Origin: Paragordius varius
Taxonomy: Eukaryota > Animalia > Nematomorpha
NCBI GenBank assembly: GCA_964247055.1
Contig: OZ176053.1
Location: 8,618,001 to 8,682,000, forward strand
Reading direction: 5' to 3'
Length of the DNA stretch: 64,000 nucleotides
Part shown: positions 31,503 to 42,900 of the stretch, one piece after another
Position numbering within the stretch: the stretch's first letter is position 1
How the letters are laid out: the number at the start of each line of letters is the position of its first letter
Made by a program: the position numbers and the translations under genes
The notes under the pieces: model-generated
The model's input: only the letters and a program-made list of their open reading frames with translations
Databases searched by the model: none
What the model was told of the DNA's origin: nothing

Positions 31503-32969
31503 ATGGCTATAAAATCCCTACCCTTTTGCTTATTTGGATTTATATGTTATAATATATTTTCATTGATTGTTGTATGGATGAAACAAAATAAACCTTATAT
31601 TGACGAAATCTTTCATATTCCACAGGCTAAAGCCTATATTGATTTTAATTTCCATAAAGTATGGTGTTTTTATAAATATAGTGGGATCCGAAAATCACAA
31701 CTTTCCCTGGATTATATATATTAACAACATTGTATTCCCTTATTTTAAAAGTTTTTATGATACAATATGATATTGTATTTCTATTGAGATTTATGATACT
31801 ACTAATTAACATTTGTAATTTTGGTATAATCCAAAAGTTAGTCAAGGTTAATTTATCTATCTATATTTTAGGATAATTCTCAATCGCTAGCCATTAGTTT
31901 ATTTCCTATCACTATGACATATTCACTTTTTTACTATACGGATATTCCATCATTGTTTTCCTTCCTTCTATTGTATTACTTTTTACAACATCGTAATTCA
32001 CATAATCAAGCCATATTATTTCTTTGTTCATTGTGTACCATTGGAATGAGACAAACTAATGTTATATGGATAATATATTTGATTATGGCAGAATTTTTTT
32101 GTCTAGCCTACAATACCATATACTCTAGGGATCAGTCGTTTAAAATTCGTTTGAAAAACATTGTACCACTTCTGATTAAATATATAGTCAAAAACTTAGG
32201 ACTACTGATACCAATCGTATTATTTAGCATTTTTGTTTTCTACAACAAATCTTTGGTTTTGGGAGATAAGTCAGCGCATACGGCATGTTTAAATATACCT
32301 CAACTATTTTATTTTGTTATTTTTACCCTTATTTTTTCACCGAGTTTAGCCTTTTTATGGATTTTACAAGTTTATAAACAATTTGTAACTAAAAGTGAAC
32401 GCTATGATCTCAAAAAAATATTTTTCTTTAATGCAATTTTGTCCATAATCATTTTTGTGGATATCAAAAAATTTACCTATGTCCATACATATTTGTTATC
32501 TGATAATCGGCATTTAATATTTTATTTTTGGAAAACATTTATTGGTTCAACCAATTATCCTATGATAAAATATCTTTTCATACCCTTATACCTTATATCA
32601 TTCCATTTCATATATTTTTGCTTGACAAATCGACCAAATTTTGATAACACTAAAAATATTCATTACACATTTGATTACTATCGCGATGTTGGAATGGCTG
32701 CTATATACATTTTCTGCACAATACTAGTCTTAGTACCACAAAAATTATTGGAATTACGATATTTCATTACACCCTTTATTTTATTTAGGATATGTGCTGC
32801 TAATAGATTGCACACCACATTTTATTTAATACACCCTGGGACAATTAAAGCCAGTAATTATATTGAAATATTGTATTACATAATTATTCATTGTTTTATG
32901 TTATACATATTTTGCACCAAAGAATTTTATTGGCATGACTCCAAAGATATACAAAGAATTATCTGGTGA
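31503..32969 (+). CDS. ALG10: Dol-P-Glc:Glc2Man9GlcNAc2-PP-Dol alpha-1,2-glucosyltransferase (3 exons)
   Basis: Exons 31503-31658, 31682-31846, 31872-32969. PYIDEIFHIPQA, WDPKITTFPGLY, FYYTDIPS, MRQTNVIW, VLGDKSAH, HTYLLSDNRH, VPQKLLELRYFI, QRIIW*; multi-pass hydrophobic. Confidence 0.93.
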
Positions 32970-33506
32970 TATAATAAATATTTTTCAATATAAATGTTGT
33001 ATTATGAATACGTAAATTTTTGGTAACAATTCATTATTGTGTAAAATCAATCTGTAAAAAGTAAGCGTTAAAATTGTCAATTTTAACGCTTACAAGATTT
33101 GTAACTTTTTTCATCCATTGTGGCCATAGTTGATTGGGTATCTAGTTCATTCTAAAAAATCTATTTTATAATTAAAGTCGTTTGGCAGTCAATTGTTAAG
33201 GATCCAAAACTGTTTGTAATTCGCTTTAAATCTTTAAAAACATGTTAGAGTTCAAACAGCACGAGGTTGTAAAAAATAATAATGCATTTAGTGTTAATAT
33301 TTAATATTTCTTGATTAATATTCTTTTTATATGTCATCTTATGGTTTAATAAATTATTTTATAGCCGAACATAGTATCCTCTATATAATCTAAACTAAAT
33401 AAATTAAGTCAAATAATCAAATTATAAAAAAAAACAAAATTACCCAACAAAACCAGGTACACATCCCATTTATCTACATCATATATACACTTATTCAATC
33501 AATCCA

Positions 33507-34777
33507 TCAATCTTCAAAAATATCTTCTGAAACGCAAACTGGTGTTGGTTTCATTTGAGTAAGAAGGGATTCGGACAAAACATTAGTATTGACATTCTGA
33601 CTTTTTTCAGTTTTTTCATCATTATCGGGAGTATTATATTCATCATCTATTATACCTAATAATTCCATTAACATATCTAGCGAGGCATGTAATTTATCAC
33701 AAATTTCAACATTTTTCAAGAGGTTGCAAAATTTAATTGTGGAAAAATCTTTTTTAATTTCATCAAATTTAGTTTGTATCAACAAATAATCATTGCGCTG
33801 TTGAATGCTGGAATCACATATAATTCGGCGTATGGCCCAATACTTGCGTCGCAATAATAAAATAATTTCTAATTCTTGATTAAATGGCGATTCTGTTGTA
33901 GGTTTAATTACAAATGATTTGAGGTTATGTATTGGTATTTTATCGAAATAAGCATCATCATTTTGATAAAACTAAATAAAATTATAAATATATTTTCATA
34001 CTTCATCTTTGATATGATATTTTTGGCTTGGTTTTATAATTGAAGTTTTGGGTGTCATTGGTCGTTCAAAACATTGTTTTTGGTAAGTAAAATCTGAATG
34101 ATTTGCATCAATCCGCAAACAAGATTTTGAAATGGTGTCAAAATCATTATTGATTTGTTTGACAAGATCATTTATTTGTGATATATTATCTGTTACAAAA
34201 CCGGTTTTACGCATAGTCTGAATTCTAAATTCTATAATAAATATATTACGAAACAAATAGTTTTAAAACTGATTTCTCCAAGTAAGCCAAGGGGAAATTC
34301 TCATTAACTTTCATATTCAAAACAGGCAGTTTATATTCCAATGATTTTACCAAACTTAATATTTTGGATTGAATACGTCTTAATATCAAGTTTATATAAA
34401 TTTCTTTCAACAGTGTCCAGCCGAGATTTAAAATATTTGAGGGGAATCGATGCAAGACACAATCAACATAGTGTTTAATATAATTTTCAAAATCTTTATA
34501 AATGTCTTCGTTTGAGGATATTGCAAAAAAATTATATATAAATGCTATTTCTTTTCCCGGATTACTATGAAAATTAATAAAATTTACATTACTTTTTAAT
34601 GGAACAATAGTTGCAAGTTATATGCTTGATATTGTTCATAAACCTCACATTCGAGAATATAGTATTAATATAAATTTGAGAGATACATTCAACAATATAT
34701 TTCCAAACGGCGTCGAATATCCCTGTATAATTCGGGGTCATCAGTTTGTGTTTTACGTTTGACCCTAATGCTAACAA
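33507..34777 (-). CDS. Uncharacterised multi-exon protein; 5' exons unresolved, may extend to ~34965
   Basis: Four ORF-track segments join in frame through GT-AG introns at 34592-34565 (28 nt), 34249-34225 (25 nt) and 34001-33972 (30 nt), giving about 390 codons ending SEDIFED*. Confidence 0.65.
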
Positions 34778-35764
34778 TATTTAATCAGCTAAATATATAT
34801 TTGAAATCAAGATTATAGGTATTGTTGTCACGATGATTAATCGTGATGATGTCTAATGATAAAAATTGATTGCGGCTTTATAAACATATTATTAAAAACA
34901 CTCTTGATAATAGGCAAAGTTCGAATAATTTTACAACGGTTAGGAGTTTTAAATTTATATGTCATGTTGTTACAAAAAATATATAAATATTTAATTAAAT
35001 TTAAGTAATTATTATAAAACACAATAAGGAATATTAAATATATACCATTTACACCTAAAAATTACCCTAAAAATATTTGTTTCTAAGTAATTGGCACAGC
35101 TTATCAGTTCTTTTATCGTTTTTTTAAATGTTTTTTGTTAAAAACCTCAAAAAATATAGATGTTATATGGTTTTAATGCCTTGTTTCAAAGTTGAATAAC
35201 ACGCTAAAGCAAGGCACCCAAAATTAAAAATACCATTTTTTAATTTTAAAAATAATTAATAAATGTTATAATTGTTTTATTTAATCTAGTCCAGAAAAAA
35301 ATTTGATAGGATCAGATTGATGTTCAAAGATAAATTTGGAATATTGAAGGGTGTATATGAAATGTCTGAGTTTGAACTAATTTATTTAAGGATGGGAATC
35401 AAAATGTTCAAGGGTAAGTTTAAAGTATGCCTAATAATAATTGAATCAACCCATTCGTTTGAAAATCAGATGACGGCACAAAACAATTAACAAAAAAGTC
35501 ATATTTTTAAATTTAAAAATTTGTCATATTTGTCCGCATAAAATAAGGAAACAAAGTTTGCAATAAGAAAAAATACGCAAAGTATTATTCACACCACCCA
35601 AAGCTAATATTAACGCTAAAAAACCGTACACTATATATAATTTTCTATCATCAGTCATTTTTAAATTATTATGCACATATTTTATAAAAATAAATTAAAA
35701 TTTTATACATTTTATAAAATATGGTATAGAAACAATTTCAGCATAAAAGTGTTAACACTTGGAT

Positions 35765-36661
35765 ACAACACATTCATTTTAGTCCTTCGATTAAAATTGA
35801 GGTATTTAAATACCCAAGGCCTGTTTAAAATTAATTTTTTTAAAAAATATGGAAGGAATTGAAACCAGGGCAAAATTTTGCACTTATATAACATTAATAA
35901 ACTGAAATTTATAAAAAAATTTATTCAAAAATACTTGATATTACCTATTTTAAGCTAAAACCGAAAGGTAATATAGTCAACGTGACATGTGTGCAATGGT
36001 AAAATTGAAAAATAAGACTAAATAAACCGCTTTTTCTATTTCTATCAATGTAATATGTAATTTAAATAAAAAAATAACTTTAATTTACTTTTAAAATTTA
36101 ATGAAGACGATATTTTGCAAAAAATTTGTAAAATCAAAATGGCGTCGCAGTAGTTTGACAAGATACATAAATTTAAATTGAAACCGTTTCCTTCGGTAGT
36201 TTTTTAAAAATCCTAAATCAAATTTAGTCTGGGGTACTTAGATATCCCAATTTGAATCGAAGTTTAATATATATATATTTATGCTTTATGCAGAAAATTA
36301 AAAAAAAATATTATATTTATTTAAAATTTGAAGTCAGGAATTTAGTGCAAAAAGATTATAAGGGTGAACATACAAAAATGGTCACCACAAAAGGGTTCAT
36401 ATCCGGGGTGTTTAACACAAATGGCTTCGCAAGCCACATTAAAAATATTTGGGCCTTCAAAAGGAATTTATTATAATTCAAACATAAAACTGGAATATGC
36501 AAACATAATATACCAATTTCGAGTTTTTGCCAATTGGACAGACTTATTTCGAATTGGAAAATATGATATTAAGATTTTATTAACATATTTTTGTTATGAA
36601 TTCCCAAAATTTTTGCGAGTCATATATAAGGTCTCGGCGGGCCGCGTGTTGGCCCCCTCTG
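35765..36661. mobile_element. TE-derived repeat (copy 2 of 12285-12830) ending in a hAT-like terminus
   Basis: Shared ~550-bp block, then the right end ggcgggccgcgtgttggccccctctg. Confidence 0.55.
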
Positions 36662-36859
36662 GTTTAAAATATATATGCTTTATTAAATAGCCACAAAAAA
36701 TACCACAGTTGACCCGATGTATATAATAGACATTTTTATCGGTAATATTTGAAAATATACATAATATAAATTAAAAACTAGAACCTCTTTGAGTGTAGTT
36801 TTTCAGCCGTAATTTTAAAATTTTGAATATTCCATGTGTTTAACTGAGTGTGCCCAATT

Positions 36860-37861
36860 ATGGAAAGTATAATATTTATCAAACTTTAGATCAACTTTTT
36901 AATCTCAGAGTAATATAGTGATTTATTTTAGTTTACAGTAAAACAATTGGAAAGATTGTCACAAAAAGCTGAAAAGGATCAAAAAACAGAAACCAACAAA
37001 ATTAAAAAGGTATATATTATATTTTATAAAATAATGTTATTAATTTAATTAGCCCTTTTAATGAGATAGTTGTTATTTATTGAGTATGAAATTAATATTT
37101 ATAATATACTATATTATTTGAATAAGTAAACACCTTATAAAAATTCTTCATTAAATAATGTGTATACGTAATTTTTTACTGGGAGCATGGTCGGATCATC
37201 AAAATTTAATTTTTTTATTGATCGCAGTTATATATTTGAATTATGATTCTGTCGTATAAAAGAGAACATGAGAGTAGTATTTTAATTTAGAATAAATAAT
37301 CTATATATGGATGCAAAACTGTAGACTTAGCCATGATATTTATGTAAAGCATTGTATATATTTACTTTTAATACTATTATAATTTTAGGACGTACCAGCC
37401 TATACCTATAATTAGCTAACATTTAAGAAATAAATATTTTGCCATTTTTATAGGCTTTGCAAAATCAAAATGTCGAAGCTGCCAAAATATATGCCGAAAA
37501 TGCAATTCGTAAGAAAAGCGAAGCGATAAATTTTTTGAGACTTTCTGCCAGGGTCGATGCCGTTTATTCACGTGTTAAATCTGCTCAAGCTATGAAAGAT
37601 GTTTATTTAACCTTTTTTATCTTTTATATTATAAAATATTTTTATATTTTTTCCCATTTAATTATAAGGTCACGCAAAACATGAAAAACATGGTCAATTT
37701 ATTGGGTAAAGCGATGGAATCGATGGATTTACAAAAGGTTAAATATATTTATTATCATGTGAGATTTCAGCGATTATGGAAAATTTTGAAAAAAGGTCTG
37801 AAGATTTGGATGTTCATTCATCGGTAAGTTAAAGCAATTTTTTTAAATATAATATATACAT

Positions 37862-37894
<33 letters not shown>

Positions 37895-39013
37895 CAAAAA
37901 TATACGGTTGTTTAAAACAGCCGGCGAATCCTCATAATTTTTTATTTTTACAGGTTAATAAATACCATATATTTTATTATAAAATTTTTGATATATATCC
38001 TTACATATACATATTTTCATATTACTGAATTAAATTGAATCATAAAATGGTTGTGAAATTATTTAATGAATGCATAAAAATAGTCCTTTTTTATTAAAGG
38101 GTTACCCTAACCTTTATTGTTTAGTTATTTTTAAATTGTGATTATTTAAAATCATTTTTAAATTTTATATTAGGTGATGGAACAATCCATGGGAAATGCC
38201 ATTACCCTAAGCATTCCATCAAACGAAGTTGACACACTCATTAAACAAGTCGCTGAAGAAAATGGGCTAGAAATCATGGAACAATTACCTGCTCCTTTGG
38301 CAAATGAACCACGCACTTCTGTTACCGCCGCCGAAAAGGGATCCAGTATAACGCAAATCGAAGAAAATAAATTAAATCAAAGGTTAATCTTTTTTTTAAT
38401 CTATTAAAACGTTTTAATACTTGAAAATAAAATTTTTATATGTTTTTAAAAATTTTATAGATATGGCGGACTCTAACTAAAATTTCATTTATCCTTATCG
38501 TTTAATCAATATTTAATTGTATAAAATTATAACCATTTTATGGTAAACCGAGATTTTTTGGTTCCATTTTTAATCCCTATTAATATCTAGCAATTGAATA
38601 ATCTATTTGCAATTGTTATTTGTTGTTATAAATTTCTTCTATTCCTACATTGTGTAGCTGCATAAAACCACGTGACTTAATAGCATATTTATATTAGGCT
38701 CATTATACGAGTTTCGTTATACAAATTTATTATATGTTTATCCGGAAATTTATTTCTTTGTTTTATCATATGATGTAAAACACATATTAAATATGAATAT
38801 CTTTCTCTATGTTCTCAATTTTATAATCTATGTTTGGGGATCTAACTGTTCTTACGAAATTGTCATTTTTATATTCATTGAATTATCCAAATGAAAATTA
38901 AATTTAGGGATGCGTTTACCAAAAAGATAATTTTTTTAACGATGATTAATAAAATATCATATATGACAATTCTATTTATGTTTAGGTTGGCTGCTTTACG
39001 AGATTCAAAATGA
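36860..39013 (+). CDS. CHMP1: ESCRT-III subunit CHMP1/Did2 (8 exons)
   Basis: Exons 36860-36866, 36890-36909, 36932-37009, 37454-37600, 37669-37737, 37764-37823, 38174-38382, 38986-39013. [73 protein letters not shown] (MIM1-type tail). Confidence 0.93.
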
Positions 39014-39434
39014 TACCTATTGCATATTATAACAGTAATTATTTAGAAATTAATAAATTATTGTAAATGTTTGTTTTTACTGATTTGTTTTTATTGGGTT
39101 TAATATTTTTACTTCACCTTGCATATAAATTTAACAATCGGGGTATCTTTCTAAAATATAATAACAATATTTGGTAAATAAAATATATTATTTTAATGTA
39201 AAAACACACACACACACTTGTCTTTTTAGTGGTACTCGTCAAAAGAAATGAATGGCAAATAAAATATTTTTTTCTTAAGAGCCGTGCACAATCGACGAAA
39301 ATTGGGGTTAAATATGCAAATATTTTTTAAGTACCGCGGACATTATTTGCAGGAATTAACAATGTGCCTTGTGCCCTTTAGTTTAATATAATATTTTTGA
39401 TAAATTTAAACTTAAGTAGACCTATATTAACCAA

Positions 39435-40539
39435 CATGTTCAACACGCGGCCCTGGCAACTTCCCCAATCAAAGCACTTTTTGCCAACGTTTAAGCTTCA
39501 AAATGTATTGCTAAAAAAATTGGATGTTTGTTTCGAGGAATTGGAATATTATTTTTCGAATCGGTTTATTATTGTCGATAATTTTATCTTTTTTTGGGAC
39601 TACGTTTGATTATTTAAATTATTATATCTGAGGGACTCTGACTTTCAAATTCATTTTCAAGATTATATTTTTTTCCTCCAATGTGGGATATATTTCCGTG
39701 AAATTGTAGGTTTAATCATAGTTTCCGATTTGCTTCTTCATGTTGGATCGAACCTACTTTTGTAAGGATTATTGGGCTGTTTTTAAGAAGTCCATTTAAG
39801 TCTTTGTGACTTACATCTCTATTTGTCTTGGTAAGACTATAATTTTCGGATTTACATTTATGTTTTAACAAATGTGGAATAATTTCCGCAAAATTTGTGA
39901 GAAGTTATAGTACATTGGCTGAAATTCTGAAAAATATAATTTTCAATTTTCCAATGGCAAACAAATGTAAAATTCAGAGTCCCTTAGATGGAATAATTGA
40001 AAACAACCCTAAAAAAGTCGATTTGATCCATTATAAAGAAGTAAATTTGAACACTATGATCGTTTTACTAATTTTGCTGTTTAACTATCTCCCACATCGC
40101 CGATATATAAGTCTAAATCCGAAAAATATAATCATGCAAAGGACAAATGTGAAAGTCACAAAGCCTTAGTTGGAGTTTTTAAAAACAGCCCAATAGTCCT
40201 TACAAAAGTACGATCCATCATGAAGATGCAAATTCGGAAACTATGGATAAACCCACAATTTCGCAGAAATATATCCCACATTGGCGGAAACTTACTTGAT
40301 GAATGTGAAAGTCAGAGCGCCTTAAATGTAATAATTCTGAATAACTCTAAAGTCCCAATAAAAGTTAAAATTATCGACAATAATAAACCGGATACCAAAA
40401 ATAATATTTCAATTCCTCGAAAAAAACATCCAATTTTTTTAGCAATACATTTTGAAACTTAAACGTTGGCAAAAAATGCTTTGATTGGGGAAGTCATTGC
40501 TAAAAATACTTTACGCGGGTCGCGTGTTGAACACCCATG
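39435..40539. mobile_element. Foldback element with ~450-bp inverted arms and hAT-type termini
   Basis: 39437-39890 is the reverse complement of ~40075-40539 (about 85% by eye); ends catgttcaacacgcggccc / gggtcgcgtgttgaacacccatg. Confidence 0.8.
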
Positions 40540-40839
40540 ATCTAAAATAATAAAAAATCTAAATCTTAAAAACAAGTCTCAAGCATCTTAAAAATTATAA
40601 ATGTATCTTTTCTGTATTCAAACATGCCTACGCGTTCGTCAAAGATAACAATTTCATCTTTAGATATAAATCACAATATCAGAACATCCATACGAATTAG
40701 AGATTTAAAGTTAAGTGTGCTAATGTGGGTAGATTCAGTCCGCGAAATTGCATATTCATTCATACTTTCCATATTAATTTTCATGTTGGATCAAACCGAC
40801 GGACTACGTTTGGGTGTTTTTTAATTATTTCATCTAAGG

Positions 40840-42340
40840 CAGGGCTTCTTAATTTGTGAGTCGCGACCCCATTTATGATCGCAAATTTCTCGGCGACCCC
40901 AATAAATATAAAAGAAAAATAAATTAATATTTTTTGATGACATATTTATGAAACAATATACATATGCATACGAAAATATATAAATTTAGAATTCGTTTTG
41001 AAACATAAAAAATTATAAATTACAATTTGCACAAATATTCCGATTATTATATATTGTATAAATTTACTATGAATCAGAAGATGTTATAGAAATTTATAGA
41101 AAATACATATATTTTTGTCCATCTCTTAAAACCGAAATAATTATTGTTATTGAAGGACAAGATCGAAATATTTTTAACTGAATAAAAATGAGAATTTGCT
41201 GCTTTTTTTCAAAATGACTTGTGATCCATGTGTTATTTGTCAGATATTTTTGCGAAGTAAACGATCCCAACTTGTATGTTCACTGAAAAATATGCATATA
41301 TATACTTCAAGCGATAAAATTGCAAGTTTTATTAAAATGATCAGCATTTGGAAAAGTTGAGTTGAAAAAAATTCGTTTGAATTGTTTTCCAGTGTATTTG
41401 GGTTCAAAAGCCCCTTGGATTGGCTTAAGTAAGATTGATCATCTGCCATTTAAAACTCAAGAGGAATTTGCTAAGCTTTCGTGTGACTCAAACTTAAAAC
41501 TACAATTCCAAAAAAATCACTTGAATGAATTCTGGATCTAAACTAGAACTGAATTTCCCACAATCGCCGACATGAAATGTACTTCTGCCATTCAACACCA
41601 TATATTTATGTGAAGTTACTTTCTCAGCTTTAACTAACATTAAATCCCAATATCATTCAGTGATAAAAAATGTTGAAGAGGTTTTACGTAGTTTCAAACA
41701 TTACACCAAGATTACAGTCTTTCAAAATATTCTTTAGTTGCATATCAAACAAAGAGGTTGTTCATTACCATTTCAATTTTGAAATGTGAAGCCAATTTGA
41801 AAAAAAGACTCATCATATTTTCTTTTTCGCACATTAGATGTCTCTTTTCCAATACTTTGTCCTGACTGAGAAGAATTTGTTGGATTAATATCTGCCTCAT
41901 TACAAATCTTAATTAACAGCCATTTATCCATAGGCAAAAATTATTTTTATCCTAAAATACAATAAATATATAAAAAAACATATTGCAGATTAATTTGATT
42001 ATTAATAACCGAATAAAAAGAAAACTAAAATCTTGTTACAGAGGGCACTGACAAAATAAAACTAGAAGAACAAATATAATTGTTTTTTCACAAAAGACGT
42101 TTCCAAAGACAATCTTTTCTTCAATCTTCATTAAAACATGTGAATTAGCAATGTTCGGAAGAGAAATGCTGGTATAAACAGTTTTTCGGAACCAGATCAT
42201 ATATATATAATATATATATATACAATAATTTTACAAGTTAAAAAACATTTTTTGTTAAATTGTATTTTTATCACTCGCGACCCCATAATTTTGTTACACG
42301 ACCCCAAATGGGTTCGCGACCCATAGTTTAAGAACCCCTG
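40840..42340. mobile_element. Non-autonomous Buster/ZBED5-like hAT, copy 1 (1501 bp)
   Basis: TIRs cagggcttcttaa / ttaagaacccctg; subterminal gcgacccc motifs; perfect TSD ATCTAAGG at 40832-40839 and 42341-42348; transposase remnants on both strands. Confidence 0.9.
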
Positions 42341-42348
42341 ATCTAAGG

Positions 42349-42900
42349 GACTTTGACATTTACATTTGTTTGTTTTTCCCAGATTATATTTTCCAGATTT
42401 AGATTTAAGTTTGGGCCATGAGCGATAAATTGTCCCCAAAATCGATAGTTAGGTCATTTTTTCATGGTTACTTCTTTATGATGGATCAAATATATTTTTG
42501 TGATAATGTTTGCCTTTTTTTCAATTATTCCATTTAAGGCACACTAACTTTGACATTTGTTTGCCTTTGTGGGATTAATTGTGAGAGTACTTAAAATCGG
42601 TAGTTCAATCATAGTTTTCAAAACTTCTTCATTGACGAATAAACTGACTTTTTAGGACTACTTTTGGGTTGTGTTCAATTATTCCATCGAAAGCACTCTG
42701 ACCTTAAATTTGTTTGCCATCGCTAGATTATATTTTTGACATTTAGACTTAAGTTTCGGCCAATCGATAGCCTTTATCCGCAAAATCATGGAATTTATCC
42801 TAGGTATTTAATTTGTAATGATGGACGAATCCAACTTTTTTAGGATTACGTTTGGGTTGTTTTCATTAGTGGAAGAATTTTCGACAAACATCTCACCAAC
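42349..42900 (-). repeat. Degenerate ~190-200-bp tandem repeat, continuing at ~40600-40839 across the hAT and present inside the foldback arms
   Basis: Recurring unit (..aaacaaatgt.aa..tcagagt.ccttagatggaataattgaaaacaaccc.aa.gtagtcc..) seen several times between 39590 and 42900. Confidence 0.6.

Noticed and set aside
35392-35413. ATG...G|GTAAG as CHMP1 first exon
   Set aside because: The 36860 start with two micro-introns reproduces the conserved N-terminus; this site could at most be a non-coding exon.
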